From positions 51,631-71,630 of the forward strand of contig JBEWZL010000205.1 in NCBI GenBank assembly GCA_045837725.1: DNA of 20,000 nt, in the 5' to 3' direction. The translations under genes were made by a program, and so were the position numbers. Each line of letters begins with the position of its first letter. Positions within the stretch are counted from its first letter, which is position 1. Positions 19,950 through 20,000 of the stretch are shown in pieces. A model generated the notes under the pieces. The model had not been told where the DNA came from and did not search any database. It saw nothing but the letters and a program-made list of their open reading frames with translations. Source of the DNA: Vermamoeba vermiformis. Lineage: Eukaryota.

Positions 19950-20000
19950 TTAGGGTTAAGAGGTAAGTTAGGGCTAGTCGAACAATAGGGTTAGGGTTAG
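19950..20000 (+). repeat. Degenerate then perfect TTAGGG telomere-type repeats at the window edge
   Basis: TTAGGG at 19950 and 19968, then TAGGGTTAGGGTTAG at 19986-20000, with the G-rich strand running toward the end. Confidence 0.65.

Overview
Eukaryotic DNA with short (mostly 41-75 nt) GT-AG introns and CTAAT/CTGAT branch sites; the host could be a protist or an early-diverging fungus and cannot be identified from this window. It looks like an accessory or mobile, possibly subtelomeric region. Manual splicing gives six genes: a tyrosine recombinase (minus strand, runs off the left edge, one in-frame TAG), a 364-aa histone H3 variant with CenH3-like hallmarks and a ~260-aa tail, a 255-aa putative DNA-binding protein, an Fpg/Nei (NEIL1-like) DNA glycosylase, and two unknown proteins of about 800 and 1112 aa. 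Between the genes are several tandem arrays (37 bp, 16/22 bp, ~155 bp, ~130 bp), a spliced non-coding unit built from the 155-bp satellite, and TTAGGG repeats at the right edge. The most striking hidden signal is a 35-bp palindromic site (AAAAAYWRGCTA-N11-TAKCYRRTWWTT) present 10-11 times, only in introns or intergenic DNA, always with an 11-bp spacer of variable sequence. All calls come from reading by eye; no database searches were run.
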